From: TPA_inf: Saccharomyces
Taxonomy: Eukaryota
DNA: 64,000 nucleotides
Assembly: GCA_000146045.2 (NCBI GenBank)
Contig: BK006945.2
Span: 960,001 to 1,024,000 of the forward strand
Direction of reading: 5' to 3'
The position numbers and the translations under genes are program-made. The notes beneath the pieces were generated by a model. It saw only the letters and a list, made by a program, of their open reading frames with translations. It was not told the origin of the DNA and did not search any database. Shown here one piece after another: positions 42,557 through 53,775 of the stretch. How positions within the stretch are numbered: position 1 is the first letter of the stretch; every line of letters starts with the position of its first letter.

Positions 42557-44128
42557 ATGGCCGCCGTTAGAGACTACAAGACTGCCTTGGAATTCGCCAA
42601 GAGCTTACCAAGACTAGATGGTTTGTCTGTCCAGGAGTTGATGGACTCCAAGACCAGAGGTGGGTTGACTTATAACGACTTTTTGGTTTTGCCAGGTCTG
42701 GTTGATTTCCCATCTTCTGAAGTTAGCCTACAAACTAAGTTGACAAGGAATATCACTTTGAACACCCCATTCGTTTCCTCTCCAATGGACACCGTGACAG
42801 AATCAGAAATGGCCATCTTCATGGCTTTGTTGGGTGGTATCGGTTTTATTCACCACAACTGTACCCCAGAGGACCAAGCTGACATGGTCAGAAGAGTCAA
42901 GAACTATGAAAATGGGTTTATTAACAACCCTATAGTGATTTCCCCAACTACTACTGTGGGTGAAGCTAAGAGTATGAAGGAAAGATTTGGATTTTCCGGT
43001 TTCCCCGTTACAGAAGATGGTAAAAGAAACGGAAAATTGATGGGTATCGTCACTTCTCGTGATATTCAGTTCGTTGAAGACAACTCTTTGCTTGTTCAAG
43101 ATGTTATGACCAAAAACCCTGTCACCGGTGCACAAGGTATTACATTGTCTGAAGGTAATGAAATTTTAAAGAAGATTAAAAAGGGTAAGCTATTGATTGT
43201 TGACGACAATGGTAACTTAGTTTCTATGCTTTCCAGAACTGATTTAATGAAAAATCAGAACTATCCATTGGCTTCTAAATCTGCCACCACCAAGCAACTG
43301 TTATGTGGTGCTGCTATCGGTACTATCGATGCTGATAAGGAAAGGTTAAGACTATTAGTCGAAGCAGGTTTGGATGTTGTTATCTTAGATTCCTCTCAAG
43401 GTAACTCTATTTTCCAATTGAACATGATCAAATGGATTAAAGAAACTTTCCCAGATTTGGAAATCATTGCTGGTAACGTTGCCACCAGAGAACAAGCTGC
43501 TAACTTGATTGCTGCCGGTGCCGATGGTTTAAGAATTGGTATGGGTTCAGGCTCTATTTGTATCACTCAAGAAGTTATGGCCTGTGGTAGACCACAAGGT
43601 ACAGCCGTCTACAACGTGTGTGAATTTGCTAACCAATTCGGTATTCCATGTATGGCTGATGGTGGTGTTCAAAACATTGGTCATATTACCAAAGCTTTGG
43701 CTCTTGGTTCTTCTACTGTTATGATGGGTGGTATGTTAGCTGGTACTACTGAATCTCCTGGTGAATATTTCTATCAAGATGGTAAAAGATTGAAGGCATA
43801 TCGTGGTATGGGTTCCATTGACGCCATGCAAAAGACTGGTACTAAAGGTAATGCATCTACCTCCCGTTACTTTTCCGAATCAGACAGTGTTTTGGTCGCA
43901 CAAGGTGTCTCCGGTGCTGTCGTTGACAAAGGTTCTATCAAGAAATTTATTCCATATTTGTACAACGGTTTACAACATTCTTGTCAAGACATTGGTTACA
44001 AGTCCCTAACTTTATTAAAGGAAAATGTCCAAAGCGGTAAAGTTAGATTTGAATTTAGAACCGCTTCTGCTCAACTAGAAGGTGGTGTTCATAACTTACA
44101 TTCTTACGAAAAGCGTTTACATAACTAA
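42557..44128 (+). CDS. IMD3: IMP dehydrogenase, 523 aa
   Basis: It starts [13 protein letters not shown]. The catalytic Cys loop reads GSGSICIT, and the CBS-domain insert is present. The ORF-track start at 42524 lies 11 codons upstream of the conserved N-terminus. Confidence 0.85.
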   Translation: MAAVRDYKTALEFAKSLPRLDGLSVQELMDSKTRGGLTYNDFLVLPGLVDFPSSEVSLQTKLTRNITLNTPFVSSPMDTVTESEMAIFMALLGGIGFIHHNCTPEDQADMVRRVKNYENGFINNPIVISPTTTVGEAKSMKERFGFSGFPVTEDGKRNGKLMGIVTSRDIQFVEDNSLLVQDVMTKNPVTGAQGITLSEGNEILKKIKKGKLLIVDDNGNLVSMLSRTDLMKNQNYPLASKSATTKQLLCGAAIGTIDADKERLRLLVEAGLDVVILDSSQGNSIFQLNMIKWIKETFPDLEIIAGNVATREQAANLIAAGADGLRIGMGSGSICITQEVMACGRPQGTAVYNVCEFANQFGIPCMADGGVQNIGHITKALALGSSTVMMGGMLAGTTESPGEYFYQDGKRLKAYRGMGSIDAMQKTGTKGNASTSRYFSESDSVLVAQGVSGAVVDKGSIKKFIPYLYNGLQHSCQDIGYKSLTLLKENVQSGKVRFEFRTASAQLEGGVHNLHSYEKRLHN

Positions 44129-44346
44129 TTGGTAACTAGGGTTCATTAATAATAAAATAAAACTAAAAAATATGTGTTTATATTTATTCTGCTCGCAGTT
44201 AAGTATGGAAATCAAGAAATAGACTGGAAATGATCTATATTTTCTTCGTATTTTGTTAGTTCATATTATCTCTTGCGGATCGTGACAGTAGCACAAGAAT
44301 TCGATGTTGCATCTCATAGGAATAAAAAAGAATAAAATGAGATTTA

Positions 44347-46008
44347 TCACAGTTGTGGCTTTTTCTCCGCTCCCTTTAATATTTTTTCGTAGTATTTAAT
44401 CTTCTCTTGTTCAACCTCCGATAAAGATGGTGGTAATTTTTCATTAATAAGGTCTTCCTTTCTAGCCTTTTCAAAAGTGCTTAGCGTTTCATTCAAACCT
44501 TCAGTCCCACGAGCTAGAGCACCACGAGGTAAGACACCGGCATTCATAGTTTTCAAATATTCCACTTTTTCGCTCTCTTCTCTTAGCACCGAAAACATTC
44601 TTGAAACTTTAGCAATAGCTAATATCTTATTTCTCAAAGCCTTTCTTCGGGTTTCATCTTCTAATATCGCTGATGACGCCTTTTCATCAGATGGGGTGCC
44701 GGTCTCCTTAGTTGCGTTTGCTCTTGCCTTTACAGTCTCCTCCGCAGCTTTGGGTTCCGATTCTGGGTCAAGTTCCTGCTCACTACATATGTTTAATATA
44801 GACACTAACATGCTAGTAACTTTTTCGCCAACAAAAGGTAGTGACCAGGTGAAAACATCCATAAAATCAGGCAACCAGTAAGGGTGCGGAGACATGTGAA
44901 ACTGCCTGATGTTCATGACGTTTTCTTCATATTTTAACACAGCAGCTTTATTATGATATGTGTCCAGGTAGTTTGGCGCACTGAACATGGTTATTAAGCT
45001 CGGGAAGCCTGTTACTTTATTGTTTTTATACATTCTGTACCCAGCATCCTGTGCTTCGTGTGCTCTAATAATAGATAACAAACCATTTGCCTTCAAAAAC
45101 TTGCATGATGCTTTAAAAGTGAAGGCGAAAGAGCAACCCCTCAAACTGTTAGGTACGAATTCATCCTCGCTCTGATCAAATTCGCTACCATCTCTTGCAT
45201 CATCATAATTTTCGACAGGATCGGCCCATAGTAGGTCACACATGAGACCACGAGATGGGATTTCTCGAAATCTATTAATTTTATTAACATCCTCTACTGA
45301 TTTTAACTCTGGAGAGATACCACCATGCACACAAAAATATTGTCCGTTCATTAAAGCTGCTAATGGTAAGACATTGAATGATCTGCAGCAAGCATCGTAA
45401 ACTTCCATATCGTATTTGTGCAACATCTCATTCTTAAAAGTAAAATAAGAGGTCAAGTGCTTACACTCATGGTTACCTCTTAGCATCCAAAATCTCCCTA
45501 AATTATTCAACTTCAAGGAGTACAAATAAATCAGACACTCAAAAGAGAATGCACCTCTATCAACATAATCCCCCAAGAATAAATAGTCGATTTCGGCGGG
45601 GTCACCGCCAACTTCAAACAGTTTCAATAAATCATAATACTGCCCGTGAATATCACCACATATAGTAATTGGCGCTTTGAGTTTTAGTAGATTGGGTTCT
45701 TTACTCAATGCTACAGTTGACATATTTAAGATTTTTATGGCCTGTTCCTTAGAAAGTCGACCCTCATGAAAGAAATGCTCTCTTAAAAAGGAATGATTAG
45801 GTAATCCCGTCTTGGAGTCGAATACTTCCTCATCACTTGGTATCTTTCCTGTTATGGCAGGTACAGAAGCGATAGGTCGGTCCTTAGTAGAAATTACTTT
45901 ACCGTTTTCTAATTCGTATTTTGTTAAATCTTTTTTCCGGTCAACCTTTATGTAAGAGTCATTAGGTTTAATGATTTTGATGCGTGAAGAATTCAAGTCT
46001 TTCGACAT
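44347..46008 (-). CDS. CNA1: Calcineurin catalytic subunit A (PP2B), 553 aa
   Basis: Phosphoesterase motifs (GDIHGQ, GDYVDRG, GNHE). The length is 553 aa (YLR433C). Confidence 0.9.
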
Positions 46009-46237
46009 TGGCGTTGAGAGTGTTTTATGGCAGCTGAGCTAATACGTCAAAAAAAAAAGAATCTAAAAAAACTTTTCTTTGAATAATACCTTTAATAAAG
46101 CAAATATTAAAGGCTTTGCTTCGTTCTTTTATAATAATGCCTCTTGATTCAAAAACATTAAAGGATTTATACATTTTTCCCTTTTGTTTCCCAGTAGTAC
46201 GTTCTTTTTCAGAATTGGAAAATTCATGTTTCAAGAG

Positions 46238-46257
46238 GCGATGACATGAAAAATTTT
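46238..46257 (+). promoter_or_regulatory. PAC-like (GCGATGAC) plus RRPE (AAAAATTTT) pair. A second RRPE (AAAAATTTTT) lies at 46345-46354. Together they are a ribosome-biogenesis regulon promoter signature upstream of TSR2
   Basis: The plus strand reads gaggcGCGATGACatgAAAAATTTTgaa. PAC (GCGATGAG) and RRPE are the characteristic Ribi promoter motifs. Confidence 0.5.
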
Positions 46258-46377
46258 GAAATAGATATAGATGAATATCAAAATGATTCAAACAGTTTGT
46301 ATTTATTGCAACAGGAAGAAAGGTGGAGTCCAAAGAAATCTGCGAAAAATTTTTATAGTGATAATCCTTACGGAACA

Positions 46378-46995
46378 ATGAGCACACAATATATTGATGA
46401 GACAGCATTTGTTCAGGCTGAGCAAGGTAAAACCAATCTAATGTTCTCTGACGAAAAGCAACAGGCACGTTTTGAGCTCGGTGTTTCCATGGTTATTTAT
46501 AAGTGGGATGCGTTGGATGTTGCCGTAGAAAACAGTTGGGGTGGTCCAGACTCAGCTGAGAAGAGAGACTGGATTACAGGGATTGTAGTAGACCTTTTCA
46601 AAAATGAAAAAGTTGTTGACGCCGCTTTAATCGAAGAAACGTTACTTTATGCAATGATAGATGAATTTGAAACTAATGTTGAAGACGACTCGGCTTTACC
46701 GATTGCCGTGGAGGTCATCAACATATATAACGACTGTTTCAATTTAAATTATAATAAGGTAGAAAAATTGTATTTGGAATGGCAAGAAAAGCAGAGAACT
46801 AAAAAATCAAAAAGAGTTGTGCATATTGAGGGTGATGATGATGAAGACGATGAAGATGTAGAGGACTATGATGACGAAGATGAAGATGAAGAGATGGACG
46901 AGGTTGTACCTGACTTAGTATCGTCTAAACCTGAACCAATTGTTGACGAAGACGGTTTTGAATTGGTTCAACCAAAAGGAAGAAGAAAGCACTAG
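46378..46995 (+). CDS. TSR2: Pre-rRNA processing / Rps26 escort protein, 205 aa
   Basis: MSTQYIDETAFVQAEQGK... with an acidic C-terminal tail. A 205-aa length from the internal Met matches YLR435W. The ORF track extends 44 codons upstream into the promoter. Confidence 0.75.
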   Translation: MSTQYIDETAFVQAEQGKTNLMFSDEKQQARFELGVSMVIYKWDALDVAVENSWGGPDSAEKRDWITGIVVDLFKNEKVVDAALIEETLLYAMIDEFETNVEDDSALPIAVEVINIYNDCFNLNYNKVEKLYLEWQEKQRTKKSKRVVHIEGDDDEDDEDVEDYDDEDEDEEMDEVVPDLVSSKPEPIVDEDGFELVQPKGRRKH

Positions 46996-47420
46996 TATCT
47001 TCAAAATCTGTATATTATAATTGATAGTGCGCTGCTTTTTTGCACTTCCAGTAAGAAATAGCAACAAAATTAGATAAATCTCGGTGGAGTTATCCAAAAT
47101 ATGTAATATATATCAAGAAAGTTACGTATTAAACATTGGACTTCTAGAGGAGATCTTCAATATAGATTTAAAAGGTGGGCAATGCATCGCTACGTGAAGA
47201 TTTTTACTTTTCTTCAACATGTGTATTTTTTATGTTTCATATTTTTATATTTTGTGTTTGCTAAGGTCTAATCGTTCAGCTAAGTTAAAGCTAAGTATAA
47301 GAAGCAAAAAATACTAAATTATACTAAATTATAAATTTTCGTACATAAATAATCATGAGGTAGATGTTTAAATATGTAAATAGTTTCTTTTTTCTTCTTT
47401 GTGATTGTCAAAATTTGTGT

Positions 47421-50400
47421 CTATCTATACAACCCTCTAGAGGTATATCTTAACTGTGTATTATCATCAAATTCGTTATTATTATAATTGTCATTATCGC
47501 TATTAATGAATTTAAATTTCTTGAAAAAAGAAGATGTCATTTCCAGAAATGAAAAAGATTCTTTTCTGAAGTTTGCGATCTTAAATAGTCGGATGTCGGT
47601 TCCAACCCAAATGTTATTTTCAATTATGTTGTTTACAACGCCGGGACTAATTTCTTCTTCAAACATATAACTATTCAAATTATCTGTAATGATTGACGTG
47701 CTGACATTTGGATCTCTTTGACTAGCCTTGGTGTCATCACTGCCACCATTGCTGTTATTTCCACCCCATTTCCATTTGAAAAATGAAAATCCGCCGTTAC
47801 TACTGTTGTTGCTATTACCATTAGTGGAATTATTGTTATTAGTCTCAGGAGCAACATGATGAGAATTTGGTCTAGTTCTTATTGAAGAACTATTAGAAGT
47901 AGTCTTCTCTAAAGTAATGGAGGACGAAGACGAAGACGATCTTAAATGCTGAAAGTGATTTTGCGCTGTGTTCTGAAAAAAATAATTCATCAAGTTGCCA
48001 CTTCCGTTACTTTTTGTTCTATTTAATGCCATTGTTGGGGTACTTACACCTGAGCCAGCGCTTATTGTTCTTTCTAAGCTTACAGAAGATTGACCTCTTG
48101 ATCTTCGTATGTATCCCAAACGATCTGTTGTAGGCTTTGAAATGGTATTGCCTTCACATTCGTCAATACTAATATCCAAAAGAGATTCAAATTGCCTCAA
48201 TTCATGCGAAAAAGTTTCCTCGTATTTAAACGACGTCTGCGTGAAAATATTTGCCCATGTGGCAATGTGGAACCACATCAACAGCTTATCATTAGTATGC
48301 ATAGACAAAGGCTGAAAAGTTGTCAATCGTCGAACATCCAGTGGTAACCGGGGATGAATTGTGGTCAATATATCAGATCTAAGAGCCGACAGTTTCGATA
48401 AAGTTTCGAAATATTGCACCGATTTAATTCTCGGAATTTCAGGAACCTTCGACAAAATTTGCTTAATAACCCGCAAAAGAATTTGTAAATAAACTGTACC
48501 GGACCAAACTTCATTAAAATTTTCATATTTGGGATTTTTACATTTGTGAGTAAACGTTAGTGGTGTAGGCCATTGAGGTCTATGTGGCCAATACTCTAAT
48601 TGATGTTGCAAATTCAGATTTGAATCTGACTTGAAATCAATGAATGCAATGACTTGGTAGTTCTTATCATGATTCGTACTTGAAAAATGCTTAACTGTCC
48701 CAGGTGTTTCATTTTCTAATGACGCAGGATTGAAAAGCAAATAAGGAGTTGGAGATTCGTTTTCTTGACCTGGGTCCTCATTTTGATTTTGGCCTCGATT
48801 GTCATTTTGGCCTTGTTGCTGATTTTGATGTTGTTGATTTGCTGAAGAATAAAGATTGACTTGAGGCAAATCAGTTATCTCTTCAAATTGATAGAAATCC
48901 TTCCATTGGACTTTCCGGTTGAATCCCATTTGCTTCAAGGTCATGATATGCGAATTTAAATTTGGATTCATGTCTAAGGCCTTGGATATAGAATTTATAG
49001 AGTCATTTATTTGGTGAGTGATGGACTGATGTCTCACCATTGCAAATAGTAGATTCTCCGCATCGTCAAAATATAAGGTGAAAAATATTGTGATTGACCT
49101 TAATAATAACGCCAACAAATCCATTTTGAAACCCGGTGAGATCATATACGGTATATCTTTTGTCTTGAAGACAGGCGTAGCGTAAGTTGTCAGATAAACC
49201 TTATTTGATGACTTAGAAAGAACGTAAAGTAGGGACATTGCAGCATTGTAGGATAGTTTGGACGAGGATGTATGACTAGAGGTGGCTGCACTTGGTGATG
49301 CGGACTTCTTCTTTGCTGATAATAGAATTAAATCGTCATGTGAATCATCATTTTTGTGAGAACTGGTCAAAATTTCGTCATTAATTGGCAGCAGATTGTA
49401 AATCAATTCATAAAAAATCGGATTCGGTTGTAAATTGAATTTAATGTTGTCTAAAATCAAATTCGATAATTGTATGACTGTAAAATCTCTGAACGTCAAA
49501 TTATTTATATCGCCGTTGATGTTGGAGAGTTTGTAGAAATTTGGCAAATTATTTGTATAATAATTAAGGTTGAAAGTCTGTAGCATTTTGAAGAGAACAA
49601 GTTTTTTTGAAGTCAAAATCAGGAGAAGATGATTGAGTAAAGGTAACAAGATCTGTGAAACGCTATTTTCGTTCAGTTCCACAATAGAACGCTCGTTGCT
49701 CGTATCGTTAGATGTGCCGTTGCTCGTGGTGGAAGAATTCGAGCGTGTTGTTGATGAAGACGACGACAACGATGAATAATCATAATACTTTAAATAGTAG
49801 ATGGAAAAAATGATGAATCTACTTGCAAACTTGTCTGCAAAATAATTTTGGAAACACTTATTGCAATCAATCAAGTTTGTCATGAGAATAGTCATAGGTA
49901 TCAACAAAGGATGAATCTCTGGTAATTGTGGCTTTGTTTGCGGTTTCGTATGGTATGCCGCCGATGATGAACTAGGCAACGAAGCATGCGAAGATGAACT
50001 GTTATCGTGAGAGCTCGTCGACACGGCTCTCCTTCTGCTGGCATCAATATGTTTATTGTTTGTGAAGTTAAAAATGTTTGATTCTTGTTCTATGGCGAGA
50101 TCGATGGGGTATTTGAAAATTTTAATGAAACTAGAAAGAATTAATTTTAAATCGTACTCTCGCTGTAATTGGGTGAGGAAAATGGTAATGACATTGTCTT
50201 GGGCCTTATATGACATGGAGAGATTTAAAACGTGCAGACAAGACTGCACAAATTGAAAATAAAGCGTCTGCCAATTACTTGCGGTGGCGTCGGAGCTGAA
50301 AAAATTAGCCTTCAAGCTCTGGAAGTCTTTATTATTGTTAAGTATAAACCGCATCGTGCAATTTAATAGCGAGGAAGTGAATTGAATGCTTTTGTCCTTA

Positions 50401-51245
50401 GGCATTTGAGTACACCAGTAGACAAGAAACATGTTTATGTCCTGTTTACCGCCGCTCGTGTACAAGTCCGAAGAAAATAAAGCTGCCAAAAGACGTAAAA
50501 GAAGCAGTCTATTGGCAAAAAGATGCCACTGATGATGCATATTCAGTAGTGAGCGGTACTTGTTGGAATTAGTCAAGATGCCGATTTCCCACAATTCGCT
50601 TGGGTGGGCGGTCACGGCAGTTGTGAAATTATCTTGGAAAGCCAGTTTCAAGATCGCCAACAGTAGTCTTTCTCCCAGTGGGATGTTTTGCAAGGGAAGA
50701 CCCTCAATTTCATGTTGCGTGGCCCAAAAGACATCGTAATGGTCCTGCGTGCTAGACTTGACCCGGTCAAAATAAATAGGTATGAGGATGGAAAGGGTCT
50801 TTATGGCGTTGATAAGCCGCGAAGAATGAAGTCCCGTACGGGAAGCGGGCAAGGAGTTCGCGGAAAGAATAATGTAGAGCGAAAGGAAGACAATCAAGTT
50901 GTTGAAGTTGGGTGGGTTCAAACTAGAGATAATGTGCAGGATTTTTTTAAAACTAGAGTTAATGCTGAAGTCCTGCACGTCCACTGATATGAAGTCCAAG
51001 TAAAAATCGTTGAAGACGGTATCTAGCGGGACATTTGGTTTGTCGCTGAACAACGCTTCAACGTCAGGCCCAGAATCCAGCTTAAAAATTGACAGGTTTA
51101 AACTCAACGGATCAGCATCAACTGAAAGGGAGGGCGAGGGCGACGACGTACGTGAAGGGGAGGACGCATCTGCGTCCTCCGGTCGAACCAGAGCGATGCA
51201 GTGGTTCAGCAGGATCGAACTGGATTTGGAGTCAGTATTTCCCAT
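47421..51245 (-). CDS. ECM30: Large protein of unknown biochemical function (cell-wall phenotype), 1274 aa
   Basis: A 1274-aa ORF whose size and position match YLR436C. It contains Asn/Ser-rich low-complexity stretches. Confidence 0.75.
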   Translation of the reverse strand: MGNTDSKSSSILLNHCIALVRPEDADASSPSRTSSPSPSLSVDADPLSLNLSIFKLDSGPDVEALFSDKPNVPLDTVFNDFYLDFISVDVQDFSINSSFKKILHIISSLNPPNFNNLIVFLSLYIILSANSLPASRTGLHSSRLINAIKTLSILIPIYFDRVKSSTQDHYDVFWATQHEIEGLPLQNIPLGERLLLAILKLAFQDNFTTAVTAHPSELWEIGILTNSNKYRSLLNMHHQWHLFANRLLLLRLLAALFSSDLYTSGGKQDINMFLVYWCTQMPKDKSIQFTSSLLNCTMRFILNNNKDFQSLKANFFSSDATASNWQTLYFQFVQSCLHVLNLSMSYKAQDNVITIFLTQLQREYDLKLILSSFIKIFKYPIDLAIEQESNIFNFTNNKHIDASRRRAVSTSSHDNSSSSHASLPSSSSAAYHTKPQTKPQLPEIHPLLIPMTILMTNLIDCNKCFQNYFADKFASRFIIFSIYYLKYYDYSSLSSSSSTTRSNSSTTSNGTSNDTSNERSIVELNENSVSQILLPLLNHLLLILTSKKLVLFKMLQTFNLNYYTNNLPNFYKLSNINGDINNLTFRDFTVIQLSNLILDNIKFNLQPNPIFYELIYNLLPINDEILTSSHKNDDSHDDLILLSAKKKSASPSAATSSHTSSSKLSYNAAMSLLYVLSKSSNKVYLTTYATPVFKTKDIPYMISPGFKMDLLALLLRSITIFFTLYFDDAENLLFAMVRHQSITHQINDSINSISKALDMNPNLNSHIMTLKQMGFNRKVQWKDFYQFEEITDLPQVNLYSSANQQHQNQQQGQNDNRGQNQNEDPGQENESPTPYLLFNPASLENETPGTVKHFSSTNHDKNYQVIAFIDFKSDSNLNLQHQLEYWPHRPQWPTPLTFTHKCKNPKYENFNEVWSGTVYLQILLRVIKQILSKVPEIPRIKSVQYFETLSKLSALRSDILTTIHPRLPLDVRRLTTFQPLSMHTNDKLLMWFHIATWANIFTQTSFKYEETFSHELRQFESLLDISIDECEGNTISKPTTDRLGYIRRSRGQSSVSLERTISAGSGVSTPTMALNRTKSNGSGNLMNYFFQNTAQNHFQHLRSSSSSSSITLEKTTSNSSSIRTRPNSHHVAPETNNNNSTNGNSNNSSNGGFSFFKWKWGGNNSNGGSDDTKASQRDPNVSTSIITDNLNSYMFEEEISPGVVNNIIENNIWVGTDIRLFKIANFRKESFSFLEMTSSFFKKFKFINSDNDNYNNNEFDDNTQLRYTSRGLYR

Positions 51246-51621
51246 TATGCATAGCCTAAGGGAGAATTTTTATGGTTTGATTTGTGTGTATTTCTTTCTC
51301 TATTAGCTTTTTCTCTGATTTGTTTGCTTATCTACCTGTACGTGTATGTTGTGTACTCAATAAATAGAGGTCTTTTTTTTTTTTTTTCTCCATAGGTTTA
51401 CCCGAAAGAAAAAACACCGAAATTAAGCACGTAAACCGGCGGAAAAGCAAGGAAAAACCCCCTGAAGCCAAAGCAACTGCGATAGTTTTTATTATTTGTT
51501 ATATCCTCTATAAAAAATGTGCGAACAAGAGAAAAGACTATATAAAGAATCTATAAAAGAGAAAGTAAAGTAGGAAAAAGAGAGAAAAAAAGAGAGAGAT
51601 AAAAAAAATTGTGCAAGTCTG

Positions 51622-52023
51622 TTAAAGTCTTCTCTTGGATCCATTAACCATTGTTTCGTGCTCCGCGGCAGGTTCCGCGACGTCCCATTTCTCGAGCGAG
51701 GACGCCTCGGTCGACATTGTTCTCTGGTTTATCAGCATAGGTGGTAGCGAGTTAGCAGTGGGCAAGGGCGACCTTGTAAATTGCGGAACAATAACGCTCG
51801 AGTAATCTCTAATGACACCCGGCTGTAGTGAAGCGTCCGAGGTGCTCGGCGTCCTCGATGCATAACCCTGGTCGACCCGCTGTCTGATTCGCATACCCAC
51901 AGTCATCAACTGGTCCTTGTGGAAATCCTGTTGCTGCTGCTGCTGCTGCTCCTGTTGTTGTTGTTGTTGTTGAAGCTGTCTCTTTGGGACGAGGCTGCTT
52001 GCCCATTCCAGTTGTGCGTCCAT
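51622..52023 (-). CDS. DIF1: Rnr2/Rnr4 nuclear import facilitator (Sml1/Hug1-related), 133 aa
   Basis: MDAQLEWASSLVPKRQLQQQQQQQEQQQQQQQDFHKDQ... The polyQ tract is encoded by a CAG/CAA run. The length is 133 aa (YLR437C). Confidence 0.75.
   Translation of the reverse strand: MDAQLEWASSLVPKRQLQQQQQQQEQQQQQQQDFHKDQLMTVGMRIRQRVDQGYASRTPSTSDASLQPGVIRDYSSVIVPQFTRSPLPTANSLPPMLINQRTMSTEASSLEKWDVAEPAAEHETMVNGSKRRL
51931..51973. repeat. Imperfect trinucleotide repeat, (CTG)7 CTC CTG (TTG)8 on the plus strand. It encodes the Q7-E-Q7 tract of DIF1 on the minus strand
   Basis: The plus strand reads tgctgctgctgctgctgctcctgttgttgttgttgttgttg. Confidence 0.9.
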
Positions 52024-52500
52024 TAAGTCTTGTTTGTTCCTGTATTAGTGTGTGATGTAAAGCGTGCGTTTCTTGATCTGGGTTCTCTTGCTGTTTCTTT
52101 TTCTTTGTTTTCTTCTCCAATCCTTGCCTGTTGCTACTAGATAAATAAATACCCCACTGGCGGGAAAAAGAAAAAGCACACACACAAACAAACGAGAAGA
52201 AAAAAGCGCGTGGTACGAGCCGCGCTAATGAGGAATAGAACCCATGCACCACACGCAAATGTGCGCACGGACAAATTCTGCCCTCTGTTAACGGCAGGAC
52301 CTGGCGTCCCCTGCCGTTAGCGGCGCTAGCCGACGCCGTAGTCGCGTGCCCTTGCCCTTAGCGGCTGACTGGCTGACTCGATTGCATATATAAATTGCGG
52401 CCACCATACGTTGAGTCTTGTTGTTATATGGCGGTTGTTCGTATTACAGCAAAGGATACTACACCACAAGACACCACAGCAGCACAGAACCACAACACCA

Positions 52501-53775
52501 ATGTCCGAAGCTACCCTCTCCTCCAAGCAAACCATTGAATGGGAAAACAAATACTCCGCCCACAACTACCACCCCTTGCCCGTCGTTTTTCACAAGGCTA
52601 AGGGCGCACATGTGTGGGACCCGGAGGGTAAGCTGTACCTCGACTTCCTGAGCGCTTATTCTGCCGTCAACCAGGGCCATTGCCATCCTCACATCATCAA
52701 GGCTTTGACGGAGCAAGCACAAACACTAACATTGTCCTCCAGAGCGTTCCACAACGATGTTTACGCGCAATTCGCCAAGTTCGTGACCGAATTCTTCGGG
52801 TTCGAAACCGTTTTGCCCATGAACACCGGTGCAGAAGCCGTGGAAACTGCTTTGAAGTTGGCCAGAAGATGGGGGTACATGAAGAAGAACATCCCTCAAG
52901 ATAAAGCCATCATTCTGGGTGCCGAGGGTAACTTCCACGGGAGAACCTTCGGTGCTATCAGTTTGAGTACCGACTACGAGGACTCCAAGTTGCATTTCGG
53001 GCCTTTCGTGCCTAACGTTGCCAGTGGTCACTCCGTGCACAAGATCAGATACGGCCACGCAGAAGATTTCGTCCCTATCTTGGAATCTCCTGAAGGTAAG
53101 AACGTTGCCGCCATCATTCTAGAGCCAATTCAGGGTGAAGCCGGTATCGTCGTGCCCCCCGCAGACTACTTCCCAAAGGTCTCCGCATTATGCCGTAAGC
53201 ACAACGTCCTATTGATCGTTGACGAAATTCAAACCGGTATCGGTAGAACCGGTGAGTTGCTTTGCTACGACCACTACAAGGCAGAGGCCAAGCCTGATAT
53301 TGTTTTGTTAGGTAAGGCTCTCTCAGGTGGTGTTCTTCCCGTCTCATGTGTTCTGTCTTCTCACGACATCATGTCTTGCTTTACCCCAGGATCTCACGGT
53401 TCTACTTTCGGCGGTAATCCTTTGGCTTCCCGCGTTGCCATCGCCGCCCTCGAGGTCATCCGCGACGAGAAGCTGTGCCAAAGAGCCGCCCAACTGGGTA
53501 GCTCTTTCATCGCCCAATTGAAAGCTCTCCAAGCCAAATCTAACGGTATAATCTCTGAGGTGCGTGGTATGGGACTGCTTACCGCCATCGTAATCGACCC
53601 ATCCAAGGCCAATGGTAAGACCGCTTGGGACTTGTGTCTATTGATGAAGGATCACGGCCTCTTGGCTAAGCCCACCCACGACCACATCATCAGATTGGCT
53701 CCTCCTTTGGTCATCTCCGAAGAGGACTTGCAAACCGGTGTCGAAACCATTGCCAAGTGTATCGATCTGTTATAA
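52501..53775 (+). CDS. CAR2: Ornithine aminotransferase (PLP-dependent class III), 424 aa
   Basis: It starts [30 protein letters not shown]. The ORF-track start at 52411 adds 30 non-conserved codons. The sequence is GC-rich with strong codon bias, and the length matches YLR438W. Confidence 0.9.

Noticed and set aside
46025-46468. 147-aa minus-strand ORF spanning the CNA1/TSR2 divergent promoter and the TSR2 5' end
   Set aside because: It overlaps the Ribi promoter elements and the TSR2 start on the opposite strand and has no domain signature. It is likely a chance ORF in an AT-rich promoter.
51809-52258. 149-aa minus-strand ORF overlapping DIF1 in another frame and extending into the GC-rich promoter
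   Set aside because: An overlapping alternative frame of DIF1 plus promoter sequence. Stop codons are depleted because of GC richness. It shows no coherent protein features.
52459-53612. Cluster of 62-110-aa antisense ORFs within CAR2
   Set aside because: These are explained by CAR2's GC-rich codon usage, which depletes stops on the opposite strand. They have no motifs, and CAR2 itself is unambiguous.
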